Shown here piece after piece: positions 25,650 through 37,237 of a stretch of 64,000 nt of DNA. The translations under genes and the position numbers were made by a program. The notes beneath the pieces were generated by a model. It was given only the letters and a program-made list of their open reading frames with translations. It did no database searches and had not been told where the DNA came from. The DNA is from Podarcis cretensis (taxonomy: Eukaryota). Within the stretch, counting starts at the first letter, position 1, and every line of letters starts with the position of its first letter. The stretch covers positions 43,772,001 to 43,836,000 of the forward strand of contig OX638158.1 in NCBI GenBank assembly GCA_951804945.1. The letters are read 5' to 3'.

Positions 25650-27134
25650 CAATATCGTGTGATCTCCACAGTAAGAACCAGCAGGACACAGCATAAGGTT
25701 GCCAGGGATGGCTGTCTCTCAAATTTTGTGTTATGTCATGCACTCTGTGGCAGCTATTTCGTGTTATGCCAGGTCTCCCTCCTGTCCCCAAGCAGCTATT
25801 TTGTGACATGTACCCTGGCACTCTCAAAATTCAATATGCACTCACTGGTCTGAAAAAAAAAGTTGGCGACCTCTGCATTAGCAGATCCTCATACTGTAAC
25901 ATATAAATTTCACTCTAATCGGTGCAGTTCTGGCACTAGTTTATTTCAACAACTTTCCAGATGGTTATTAGATATAAAAAAACCCAAACCATTATTGATG
26001 TGCTGACGTAGCAGGTTGGTAATAGTGTTTTTAAGGAAGATTAATTAGGCAGGAAACAATGCTGCTGAAGCATAATTATGACTCTCATTACTACACTGGG
26101 ACTCACCTTTGTTTATCTGTTATGTCTTCATTAGATATGCCTGTTTTGTATTCCATAGCAACTTCACCAAAACACTATCCATTCTTCTCGGCTTTTATTG
26201 GCACCTTGTGCTTATGTTCTTCATTAATTTCTACTAGCCTACAGTGTACGTTTACAGTGACGGTTCCTGTGTGTTCATGCATTCAATTCAGGAAGAGTAA
26301 AAAACTTCCTTTTTTTTCGCATCACAGCAATGACAGTGATTTTGTACATTAATAATACTATAGTTACTAAACTACATCTGGAACTTGAAGCTACAACCCT
26401 GAGATGTCTCTAAGTTCAGTGGAATTGTAACAGGCTTATTTATGTACAATCTGACCTTGAGGTAATAGAAGTGAATCAAATGTATTTTCGTGTCACACCT
26501 AGCTGCAATAAATTAAGCAGCAAGGGAAAATATTAATTCTAGAGACACTTGTGGATCGTGATCAAACGATCACTTATAGAAGACAGAAAGTTTCTCTCTT
26601 ACTTACATATTTATTGTACTTACGAAGGATATTAACTATCAAATATAATAAAGTACCAATTTACCAACAGTTACATTGTCAAACAGAAGTGCAGGTGAAA
26701 CAAACAATCTTGTCAGCATAATGCAAACTCTTCTGTTTTGAAGCAAAATGTCTCCCACGGGTTCACTGATGTGATCTGTACTGCATAGTCTGGCTGTTTT
26801 CAAGTTAAAGGCTACTAGTGATGAAAAGTGTGGTTATTTATTAACTGCAGTTAACCGTTGGGCCAGAGAGACAGATGTATCATCCACCAGCTGCCCAAGA
26901 ACTTCTCCCACTAAGTTGACCAAGATGGTCTTGGCAGTCATACTGGGGGACTGCTGTGTCCATGTCGACACAACCTCCTCAGGGCCAGCTCCGGACTTTA
27001 AGGTCGCTACCACAACCATGGGTCTGTCTCAGTACACTGTGAATCTAGCTCATGTTACAGGTCAATCTTGTTTTTGCAATAAGATGGACTGGTGTGTACG
27101 TAAATTAACTCCATTGTTGTGGACAGACCACTGC

Positions 27135-27706
27135 CACTGGCGGAGGAACAGGAGTGCAGGGGGAGCATGTTAGTTTCTGTTCTTATCACTGTGCAGCTGT
27201 GTGGAGTCACAGGACTCTGTTTACATTCCTGGGATTCCATACTATTGGAGTCTCACGGGAGGGGAGACGGGATGTGACGTTAGTGGTTTCCTGTTTCCTA
27301 TGTTCCTTTGTTCAGTTGCTCTCTGCTTCCATAGAGAGAGGATGTCTTTTCTGTTCTGCGTAGTTTAGAAATAAAACTCTTTAAAATGTAGCTCATATTA
27401 TCTCATCCTTCCCTGTGCTGGAACCCTGCTGGGAGGACGTGCCTTGGAGCCTCATCAAAGGCTTGAGGTCATTAAACATGTTGGAGGCGATTCCGAAGAT
27501 CAGCTCAGTCGAACGGAGTTCCGACAGAGCACACCGCCCTGCCCCCAGTGGCACGATCCTGGTGGGGTGCCATCTCGGCTGCCCCCCCCACCCTGGGCAC
27601 CACACCCCCAGGACGGCATGCCAAGCCCCCAGGACACGTGCCAGCCACGCCCCTGCCTGCTCTCTGCCCCCCCCCCCCCCCGCCGGAGCTGGAAGCTCTG
27701 CTGCTG
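27135..27706. mobile_element. GC-rich hAT MITE
   Basis: Termini CACTGGCGGAG / CTCTGCTGCTG with perfect 8-bp TSD ACCACTGC (27127-27134 / 27707-27714). Confidence 0.8.
27168..27526 (+). mobile_element. Solo LTR (359 bp)
   Basis: TG...CA termini, 5-bp TSD GAGCA (27163-27167 / 27527-27531), internal AATAAA at ~27370. Confidence 0.75.
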
Positions 27707-28614
27707 ACCACTGCCTGGTGAAACTCCGAAGCAGAATCAATCCCTGCAGTCACAGAGCCTCCATTTTGCACAAAAATCAAAAGGTGGCAAATGCAAGACT
27801 GATTTACAGAGGGATGCTCAGGAGGCTCCCCATTGTTTATTTGCAGCCACAGATTTACTTACCCCACACCTGATACCATACAACATCAGGTGTGGGGCAC
27901 ATGGCTTGGCTAGGAGAAAATGGCTTCGTGGGTGAAATTAGGACTCCTAGCAGACACAATCTGCCTGGCAGGCAGAGGGAGGGCTCCTTCCCCTCTAGCC
28001 TGGACAAAAGCTAAGGATGCAGTTAATAAATGTCAGTGTAAAAGAGCATGAATCTAAACATTTTAATTAAAGGGAGTATCTGCACACAGTTCGAAGCTTG
28101 TCAAATTCCTCTACATAAGGCAGGCCCACCAAGAGAAATAAATTCAATTACATGCTGCAGAGCTTTTATAAACACACAAAGGGAGTGACTTGCATTCAGG
28201 GTTCATAAAGGGGATGTAACTGCCTATTTGGGACTGTGATGTGACACTGTATGCTAGAAACGGTCTAAAATAATTGCAAAGCAGACGTGTCTGCCCAGTG
28301 ATTTTCAAGTACTAAAACTTCTTGCCTCCCAGATGCACTAGCTCCCATTAGTTTAATGACACATGATGTTTATAAAACTTCAGAATATCTATAAACAGTT
28401 CTGTGTTGCTTCCATTTATTGTGACCATTCAGCAAATAAACTGTAATTAATCCACATTCCATTACTCTGACTGAATCCTTTAAAAAAAATGTAGTTTTAA
28501 TCTAATATCAAGTTCTAGTATCTGGAGTCTGCACTGGGGTTCATTCAGGATAACGTCATTGAAATGGGTGTGAATAACTTTGTGTTCAGTCTAGGTGTGT
28601 CCATAAACTGGTCT

Positions 28615-28794
28615 CAGTGGCGTAGCGTGGGGGGTGCAGGGGGGGCCGGCTGCACCGGGCGCAACATCTGGGGGTTAGGGAAATCCATGGGTTAGGGGGC
28701 GCAAATCCACGGGTTAGGGGGCGCAAATCCATGGGTTAGGGGGTGCAAATTACTTGCCTTGCCCCGGGTGCTGATAACCCACGCTACGCCACTG
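28615..28794. mobile_element. Young hAT MITE with an internal 22-bp tandem repeat
   Basis: Perfect TIR CAGTGGCGTAGCGTGGG / CCCACGCTACGCCACTG and perfect TSD ACTGGTCT (28607-28614 / 28795-28802). Confidence 0.9.
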
Positions 28795-28904
28795 ACTGGT
28801 CTAAACATAATTGTAATAGGAATAAGTAAGAGTGATAGTGCTTATTACTGAGGTATGCCTAAGAAATCTGTAACAGATTTTGTGCAAACATCCAGGACCT
28901 ACAA

Positions 28905-29264
28905 GGACGCGGGTGGCTCTGTGGTCTAAATCACAGAGCCTAGGGCTTGCTGATCAGAAGGTCGGCGGTTTGAATCCCCGCGACAGGGTGAGCTCCCGTT
29001 GCTTGGTCCCGGCTCCTGCCCACCTAGCAGTTCGAAAGCACGTCAAAGGGCAAGTAGATAAATAGGTACCACTCTGGCGGGAAGGTAAACGGTGTTTCCG
29101 TGCGCTGCTCTGGTTCACCAGAAGTGGCTTAGTCATTCTGGCCTGGAAGCTGTCTGTGGACAAACGCCGGCTCCCTCAGCCAGTAAAGCGAGATGAGCGC
29201 CGCAACCCCAGAGGCATCTGCAATTGGACTTAACGGTCAGGGGTCCCTTTACCTTTACCTTTTA
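28905..29264 (+). mobile_element. Sauria SINE with TSD
   Basis: Full head, core and tail. 13-bp TSD CCAGGACCTACAA (28892-28904 / 29265-29277). Confidence 0.93.
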
Positions 29265-29614
29265 CCAGGACCTACAAACCGGCTGGTTCCCCCTCCTCAC
29301 ATCTTTGCTGCTGAGTATGCAGGCCAAGCTATGGTATATGATACAAGTAGTTCTGTTATTGTCTCTCCCCGTCTTTCCCCTGCCTTTTTTCTTTCTTCAT
29401 GCAAAGCAGCAACAGCTGGTTTAGATTCAGTTTGAGCAAGCAGAAGATTGCGGGAAAGGGGGGAGGAGAGTGTGTTTTCTTTGCCTATCATTTGTTCAAT
29501 ATTGTCACCACCAAGTTGGCCTTACCACCCAAAGGGGAAATTATCCCCCCCTCCACTATGCAATCTGGTGCTTCTCTCCCAAAGCCATTGCTTTATTTCC
29601 CAGTAGGAGCTAGG

Positions 29615-30060
29615 GCAGGGGTCAGCAAACATTTCAGCAGGGGGCTGGTCCACTGTCACTCAGACCTTGTGGTGGGCTGGACTATATATTTTTTTTTGGG
29701 GGGGGGAATAATAATAATAAGAGTTTGGATTTGATATCCCGCTTTATCACTACCCAAAGGAGTCTCAAAGTGGCTAACATTCTCCTTTCCCTTCCTCCCC
29801 CAAAACAAACACTCTGTGAGGTGAGTGAGGCTGAGAGACTTCAGAGAAGTGTGACTAGCCCAAGGTCACCCAGCAGCTGCAGGTGGAGGGGCAGGGAATC
29901 GAACCCAGTTCACCAGATTACGAGTCCACCGCTCTTAACCACTACACCACACTGACTCTCATAATAAATGAATTCCTATGCCCCAGAAATAACCCAGAGA
30001 TGCATTTTAAATAAAAGCACACATTCTACTCATGTAAAAACACCACGCATGCCCCACAAA
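29615..30060. mobile_element. hAT MITE fragment interrupted by a SINE
   Basis: Starts CAGGGGTCAGCAAAC and appears to resume after 29960. No right TIR seen. Confidence 0.55.
29708..29960 (-). mobile_element. tRNA-derived SINE with L2/MIR-like body and tail
   Basis: Minus-strand head CAGTGTGGTGTAGTGGTTAAGAGCGGTGGACTCGTAATCTGG...GGTTCGATTCC, MIR-like GTGACCTTGGGC, and a (TAT)n end. Confidence 0.8.
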
Positions 30061-31290
30061 TATTGTGAAAAAATATTTCCACAAATATTGTGGAAAAAAT
30101 ATACACTCCTGATATAAGAGATGCACAAAAATTTGATTAAACATTTTCTTGGGTTTCTTGGAGAACAAGTAATTCCAAAGGACTATTCTACATTTTTAAA
30201 ATTAGTTTAAACACTAATAAGCACTAATATGATAGTACTAATTTTTTTTATTATTAATTCAATTTATATACCACCCTTCATCAAAAGATCCCAGGGCAGT
30301 GCACAACTTTAAAAACACATTACAGAACATCAAGGATAAAAACATAATAAAAGCATAGTAAAAATACATGCTGACAGACAGCCTAAAAATAAAATCATCA
30401 CCACCATCATCATCACGGTCATAATGACAATAATAGATCATTAACAGTGCAGTTCTGTGCATGTCTGCAGGAGCAAGTCCCATTGAATGCAGGTAAGTTT
30501 ACAGGAATGCAGCCTAAGTGATCCTTATTGTGCATCACCGAGGGTGTTCTGAGTGTTGAGTGGTTAGAAAGCTGATCGGCATTGTGTGATGTAGAGCTAG
30601 CTGTGCTTTGCCTGATGAAAAGCTGTGTTAACTGCCTCATAGTGCTTTTCTAGGGCTCAGTTCATTTTGTGATGTTCACCTCTTCCCATGGGCAAGGAAG
30701 AAAGGAGTGAAACTGGCTTTGTTGCAGTGAGAACTTCCTCAAGAGAACAGTTGGAGGTTTTCCTCACCGTAGGAGCCATGCACACAAATGAAAAAAAAAC
30801 CAACATCCCTGAGCATGACTCCCCCCCCCCCCAAAAAATAAGGTCTATTCTGTGACCGCTTAAACAGACAGAGCAATTAGTCTGCATTTGTAATGATGTT
30901 ATGGGCATTATTATCAAAACAGTGCCTATGACACCAGCAGCCTATTAGCATATGTGATGGAGACACTTGCTGGGGTAAGAATCTTGGACTGTATCTAGTT
31001 AAGTCCTACTCAGTGTAGAACCACTGAAATGAATAGATCTAAGTTAGTCACACATCCACAAATGCACCCAAAAAGGATTTCCTTGGGGCCTGCAGGTTCC
31101 CCCCCACCTCTATCTCTCTCTGTGACTTGAATTACATTGCTTTGAATAGTACATTGCATTGTAGCCTGTAGACTAGTTTGTAGCATGTACTTGGTTGTGG
31201 TCTGTGTGTTTGGTTGCAAACATACCCAGAGGCCCAAAAAGGTTAGCAACCCCAGCACCGACATAGCTAGTTGTGCTGAAGGGCTGACCT

Positions 31291-32273
31291 AGGACTCAGC
31301 TGCATTAGTCAAATTACTGTTGTTGTTGTTGTTTAGTCGTTTAGTCGTGTCCGACTCTTCGTGACCCCATGGACCAGAGAACACCAGGCACTCCTGTCCT
31401 CCACTGCCCCCCGCAGCTTGGTCAGACTCATGCTGGTAACCTCGAAAACACTATCCAACCATCTCGTCCTCTGCCGCCCCCTTCTCCTTGTGCCCTCCAT
31501 CTTTCCCAACATCAGGGTCTTCTCCAGGGAGTCTTCTCTTCTCATGAGGTGGCCAAAGTACTGGAGCCTCAGCTTCACAATTTGTCCTTCCAGTGAGCAC
31601 TCAGGGCTGATTTCCTTCAGAATGGAGAGGTTTGATCTTCTTGCAGTCCATGGGACTCTCAAGAGTCTCCTCCAGCACCATAATTCAAAAGCATCAATTC
31701 TTCGGCGATCAGCCTTCTTTATGGTCCAGCTCTCACTTCCATACATCACTACTGGGAAAACCATAGCTTTAACTATACGGACCTTTGTTGGCAAGGTGAT
31801 GTCTCTACTTCTCAAGATGCTGTCTAGGCCTGTCATTGCCCTTCTCCCAAGAAGCAGGCGTCTTTTAATTTCGTGGCTGCTGTCACCATCTGCAGTGATC
31901 ATGGAGCCCAAGAAAGTAAAATCTCTCACTGCCTCCATTTCTTCCCCTTCTATTTGCCAGGAGGTGATGGGACCAGTAGCCATGATCTTCGTTTTTTTGA
32001 TGTTGAGCTTCAGACCATATTTTGCACTCTCCTCTTTCACCCTCAATAAAAGGTTCTTTAATTCCTCCTCACTTTCTGCCATCAAGGTTGTGTCATCTGC
32101 ATATCTGAGGTTGTTGATATTTCTTCCGGCAAAATTACTGTACAATGTTATAAATGTGTCATAACACTGTGACACCAGATGGCGCTGTAGAGCTGAAATC
32201 GCAACTTGGTGATATTTTCCATTGCGAGCTTTACAACGTCCACAGCATTTTTTTTATAGCTGTGTAGATCTAG
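31291..32273. mobile_element. Short dispersed element (AGGACTCAGCT...GTGTAGATC) split by BovB; carries a CTCF-like motif
   Basis: Its ends match the opposite-strand copy at 46552-46723 (ATCTACAC...AGCTGAGTCCT). ACACCAGATGGCGCTG at 32172-32187. Confidence 0.6.
31321..32131 (-). mobile_element. BovB (RTE-clade) LINE, 5'-truncated, with an uninterrupted RT C-terminal ORF
   Basis: AGRNINNLRYADDTTLMAESEEELK...IDAFELWCWRRLLRVPWTARRSN...VHGVTKSRTRLND*, then a (CAA)n tail. TSD AAATTACTGT (31311-31320 / 32132-32141). Confidence 0.97.
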
Positions 32274-32451
32274 CTCTATTATCTTAAACTTAAGCTAGTA
32301 TATCTTATAGTACATTTTTTCCAGGCTGAAAAACTGTCAGACATCTACTCTCATTTCCAAGGATTCAATATATCAGCTTTCTGTTTGGCACACTTCAACA
32401 TGATGGGCAGGGTATAAATAATAAAATAAGTATACTTACACTTATAATTGC

Positions 32452-32486
<35 letters not shown>
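32452..32486. repeat. (TAT)n microsatellite
   Basis: Direct reading. Confidence 0.95.
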
Positions 32487-32487
<1 letters not shown>

Positions 32488-34409
32488 ATACAGTGTCTGA
32501 AAACTACTCTCTTTAGAACCATAGAAACTCTACGGTTAATTTTCCACCAATATCTGCTGATTATGTCCACATTTTTCTTTTTTTTTTAAAAAATTAACAT
32601 TGGCTGAGCTAGCCATCCATCACCAGAGATATTTTTCTCCATTAAAAAATAGTCACTGCTATAAAAGAGTCCATGGGAACATTCCTCATTTGAATTTGCT
32701 TGAGAGATGACTGGTTGTTATTTAAGTAGAATTTCAAATGCAGTAAATAGTACAATTACCGGCAGTGGAAAGATTGATGAGAAAGGATAATGGTCTGGCT
32801 TCCTCTCCCCCCATTTTTTACTATAAACAGAGGGTAATTAATTCACTGGACTAATCTAAATAAATAGAAGGGAGAAACATTTAACTTATAAGCAATTTGA
32901 TATGCAAAAATGGTTCTAAAGCGCTTGAGGATATTTTTAGATGTTTTCAGCCATTACAAAAACCATCTTAAACAAAACTCTTGTTTTATGTAGGACCTTA
33001 TTGAACCAAAGGCAGATTATCCAAGGTTACCAGGTGGTCTGTGTGCCAGGCATTGGCCAGACCTAGGCCTGCTTTGCTTCAACAGGGTTGCTGCATCATG
33101 TACCTTCAAACCATTCCCTGGATTATATGGCAAGCTGGTTTCCTGCTTTCTAAACACAGACTTGCTCTGGACTGTTTCTAGGATATCTGAAAATGCATCT
33201 CATCATGAGCACTCCAAAGCACTGGTATTACAGCCCAATGGGCCTTGTTACTTGTGCCCACCTGCCAAACCTCAGATGAAAGGGTGACCCAAAGCAGGAC
33301 TTTAGATGTGTGGACAACATACACAGGAAAAGGAAGTCCCAGGTATACTAGGACTTGAGTTGTTTAGTACTTTGGATGTTAGAACTAGCATCTTGACATT
33401 TTAAGACAAGAACCCTTTGTGCATGTTACTTGCACGTAAAGCAATGGTATGTTGACTTGGCAGTGGGGTGACCCAACATCACATCTGTTTGCTTCCTGCA
33501 AGAACCATGTCTGTAAAGAAATACCCACGTGTGACCTCCTTCTTTGTGTTGTGGCTCCACAGAATCAATGGTTGCCTGATCACGTGTGGGTCCTACTTGT
33601 AAGCAGCAGCTTACATGGTGACTTTCCTTTACAAATGATTCTGTGCAACTTGTAGGTGTTGAAATAAGATGGCGGGGTTAAAAGTGAGGCCTTGCTCCAC
33701 ATTCTACACGCTTATGCCCTGTGTGCTGGTAAATCCTTGAAGCGTATAATTATTAGAACGGCTTTGCTTCTCCAAACTCTCTGGGATCTATCACCGCTTG
33801 CTATTTCTGGAATTTCCTTTGTCATTCTCTGTTAAACAGGTAGACAGGAAGCTTTTTGAAGTCATTTGGTGAGCCTAAACCTAGACTTTCTTCTGCGCTG
33901 GAACTCCTCTGATAATATAGCTTGTGACATGCAGGAATATCAACAGGCGCCCGAGGGCTGGGATACAAACTTAAATCACCAGAGCAGAAAAAGTTTCTGA
34001 CAAGAACACATAGCTTCAGAGAAAAGATTCAGGTTGTGAAGGATGAGAGAGTGGGGTGGGGGAGGGGAAGGAGAGGATGCAAATATAATTTAGATCTATC
34101 ATGGGCAGCTTTAATGGATATTTTGTCCCAGACAACAAACACAGGTTCTGAGGTAATTTTTCTCTCTGCTATGCATAAACAATGTGCTAACCCATGCACC
34201 CACATCTTTCAATAGCCCCAATATATTTATTTTTATTGTTTCAGTTAGTACGCTTTCAGTATTATTTCCATTGTGACATTACTGCCACTGTGTTGGTTGC
34301 GCGTTAGTGGGCCCTTACAGATTCTATGTGCACTGTGAGTATCGTATGACAAATTTTCTACTTCACAGAGACCAAAGATACCAGAAAATAGGCTTGGAGA
34401 CATACCCTT

Positions 34410-34423
34410 GTTACCATGGCAAC
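34410..34423. promoter_or_regulatory. Candidate RFX X-box
   Basis: GTTACCATGGCAAC fits the GTYNCCATGGYAAC consensus and lies in apparently unique sequence. Confidence 0.5.
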
Positions 34424-34478
34424 AGCATCTCCTTGGCAGTTAGACAATTTCATTTAATAAAGCTTTTTTTAAAAAAAC

Positions 34479-34479
<1 letters not shown>

Positions 34480-34511
<32 letters not shown>
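34480..34511. repeat. (CA)n microsatellite
   Basis: Direct reading. Confidence 0.95.
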
Positions 34512-34514
<3 letters not shown>

Positions 34515-35209
34515 GATGGCTTTATGTAAATGCAGTGTCACAGAAAAGCAGTAAAACTCATTTTGTATTTATGATGCGAAACAAAATTGCAATGCAGATG
34601 AGGATAAAATTACCTATAAATGTTAAACACATAGTTGAGCATGGAAAATGGCAGCTGTGATGCTAGTGAGCAGTCATGTACAATACTTTAAAGTTAATCA
34701 TGATCGTGAACACTGAAAGAAAAAAAATGTTATTCTCTTTATTGTTTATATCACTGTACAGTTTAGTCATAAACAGGGGGAAGCAGTCGACCAATAAGTA
34801 CATAGCAGCTGCTTGAACTCTCTTCATGGTGGGTCCAACCACAGGGAGAGATGGTGATCTATAGCTGACAGTCACATGACAAGCCAACCATTAGCATGAT
34901 CCCACAAACATTCAGAAAACGCCCTAGATTTTTAAGAAGGGGGAGGAAGAAGGGTTGAAAAATTTACAGCCAGCAGCTGCAGATCACTGCCTTTCTATGC
35001 ATTTAGTTATGAACTGTAGTTTTAAAACAAATTATGGTGCAGTTCACAGGTGAAGAACCCTTTTTATCCTGAGGGCCACATTCTGTCATGGGCAACATTT
35101 TGGGGGCCACATATAAGCAGTGGGTGAGGCCCACGGCAAAAATGAGCAGAGCAACAAATATTGTATAGTAGGTTACATTTCAGCAAAAGTCAGAAGTCAT
35201 ACGTACACA

Positions 35210-35491
35210 GGGCAGATCTACACTCATGGTTTTTAGCACTAAGAAAGAGTTAATGAATGGTTCTGATAACCGTATAGCCACATGACGCTCTGCTCTTAAT
35301 GTTATTAAAATGTGACACCAGAGGAAGTTGCAAAGTAACCAGAAACCAGGGAGACAGCAGGGAGAAAGCAAAAGAGAACATTTCCTGTTTTCAAGGAAAC
35401 ACTTTATTTTAAGAGTATGCCCTGTGACGTTTTAGAACGATATTTCTAATATTGTTCTAACAACGTTTAAAAGGTCAGTGTAGATCCAGCC
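35210..35491. mobile_element. MITE with GATCTACACT-type TIRs, apparently nested in a decayed hAT MITE (~35045-35650)
   Basis: GGGCAGATCTACACT / AGTGTAGATCCAGCC. The outer element ends AGGTTCCCCACCCCTG. Confidence 0.6.
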
Positions 35492-35743
35492 ACAAACACA
35501 TATACACATGGACAGACTACAGCTCTGGCAAAAGGGCTCCAGGAAGCAGTGGCCTGTGGGAAAGGATGTGGCTTGGGGAGAGTCCAATAATCAAACAGAG
35601 AGGCATGGAGAGCAGCATTTGCTCCCTGAGCCTGAGGTTCCCCACCCCTGGTGTCATTACAGAGAAGGTGAAAAGAAAGATCTCGAAGATCTCCAGGAGA
35701 GTGGGGTCGTGCTCACCAGTTGTGCCGCTAAACACTATGATTA

Positions 35744-36112
35744 AAAGCTAAAGGGTAAAGAGACCCCTGACCATTAGGTCCAGTCGTGGCCGATTCTGGG
35801 GTTGCGGCGCTCATCTCGCTTTATTGGCTGGGGGAGCCGGCGTTTGTCCTCAGGCAGCTTCTGGGTCATGTGGCCAGCATGACTAAGCCACTTCTGGCAA
35901 ACCAAAGCAGCGCATGGAAACGCCGTTTACCTTCCCGCCGGAGCGGTACCTATTTATCTACTTGCACTTTGACGTGCTTTCGAACTGCTAGGTTGGCAGG
36001 AGCTGAGATTGAGTGATGGGAGCTCACCCCGTGGCAGGGATTCGAACCGCCGACCTTCTGATCAGCAAGCCCTAGGCTCTGTGGTTTAACCCACAGCGCC
36101 ACCTGCATCCCA
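35744..36112 (-). mobile_element. Sauria SINE with TSD
   Basis: 14-bp TSD AAACACTATGATTA (35730-35743 / 36113-36126) plus a canonical core. Confidence 0.93.
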
Positions 36113-36575
36113 AAACACTATGATTACAGCCATATATATTGTCTGGGGCAGGTATGGCTGCCAGGTGTGCCAGTGGACTATGGGAATCGCTCAAGTAGGA
36201 CAGGAGTCCCACAGCACTCACCCCATTTGTGTTCCCAGTACCCGGCATTCAGAAGCACAGCACCTCAAAGTGCTTCACAGGGAAAAGTGAGGGGGGGGGG
36301 GGAATTAAGTACGCTGAGAAAGCCAGAAGTGTGTTGCTCAAAGCTGGAGAAAGAGAGACAGCAGGAAAAATTATGCAGTGGAATTGCCTGGAAAAGGAGG
36401 AAAGAAGGTGGGAGCAGACCGCCCCCAATCCAGTTCCTGGGAAAGCACATGAAATTCCATTCAGAATCTATTTTAGGACTGGTTCAGAAGCGGACCAAAT
36501 TTTTCTTCAAGCTGATGTTCGCTCCGATTCAGCAGTAAACAGCAAGTTTTCCCGGGAAAAGCTCAGACCCGTAAT

Positions 36576-37237
36576 CAGGGCTTTTTCCCCCCAGCTGGAA
36601 CTCACCAGAACTCAGTTCTGGCACCTCCCAGATGGGTGCCGTCATAGGCGCCGACTCCATGGGGCCTGAGGGGGCCTGAGCCCCCTCAAAAATTTGTTTG
36701 GGGGGCTCCGCCCCCCCAATAATTTAAGAAAATTATTAGTTATATTATGCTTTGTAAAATCACAAAATTATGTTGGTATTTTTTATTTTCCTTGTTTGAT
36801 GATAGTTACCTTTTAAAATACATTCAGTAATGAGTTAAAACAAAGCCACTCCCGATCTAGAGAGGGGGTGGGGTTGCAGGCTCTCGACCCATCAACAATC
36901 TCGCGGGGCTGGTGTCAGCCCTGCGAGAAGCGGGGATTCCCCCTAGCTCATTAATATTCACCGCCCACGGCGGCAGCCAATCGGCTGCCGCAAAGGGCGG
37001 GCCCTCACAGGTTCACTTAAGGTCGGGGCAGCCCGGGGCTCGCCCCTTTCGTTCCCCCAGCAGCAGCGGTTTGGAGGTCTTGGGCCCCCCCAATATTTTT
37101 TATAAGTCGGTATGGGCCCCCGCCCCCCCCAATATTTTTTATAAGTCGGCGCCCCTGGGTGCCGTTGCCATTATAACAGAACAAGGGAGGCATTCATGGT
37201 GAGTTCTGGCACCTCTTTTTCTAGAAAAATAGCACTG
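36576..37237. mobile_element. hAT MITE (outer element of a nest)
   Basis: CAGGGCTTTTT / AAAAATAGCACTG termini. TSD CCCGTAAT / CCTATAAT differs only at the CpG. Confidence 0.75.
36643..37157. mobile_element. Young CpG-rich hAT MITE (inner element)
   Basis: TIR CATAGGCGCCGACT / AGTCGGCGCCCCTG with perfect TSD GGTGCCGT (36635-36642 / 37158-37165). Confidence 0.88.

Larger units (their letters stand above)
26890..27745 (+). mobile_element. Degenerate L2-type endonuclease fragment, interrupted by a MITE that is itself interrupted by an LTR
   Basis: VILGDCCVHVD...TTMGLSQ...H...TPLLWTDHC|LVKLR. The frame resumes after 27714. Confidence 0.65.

Noticed and set aside
31361-32164. 267-aa plus-strand ORF
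   Set aside because: It is the antisense shadow of the BovB RT frame and has no recognisable domain.
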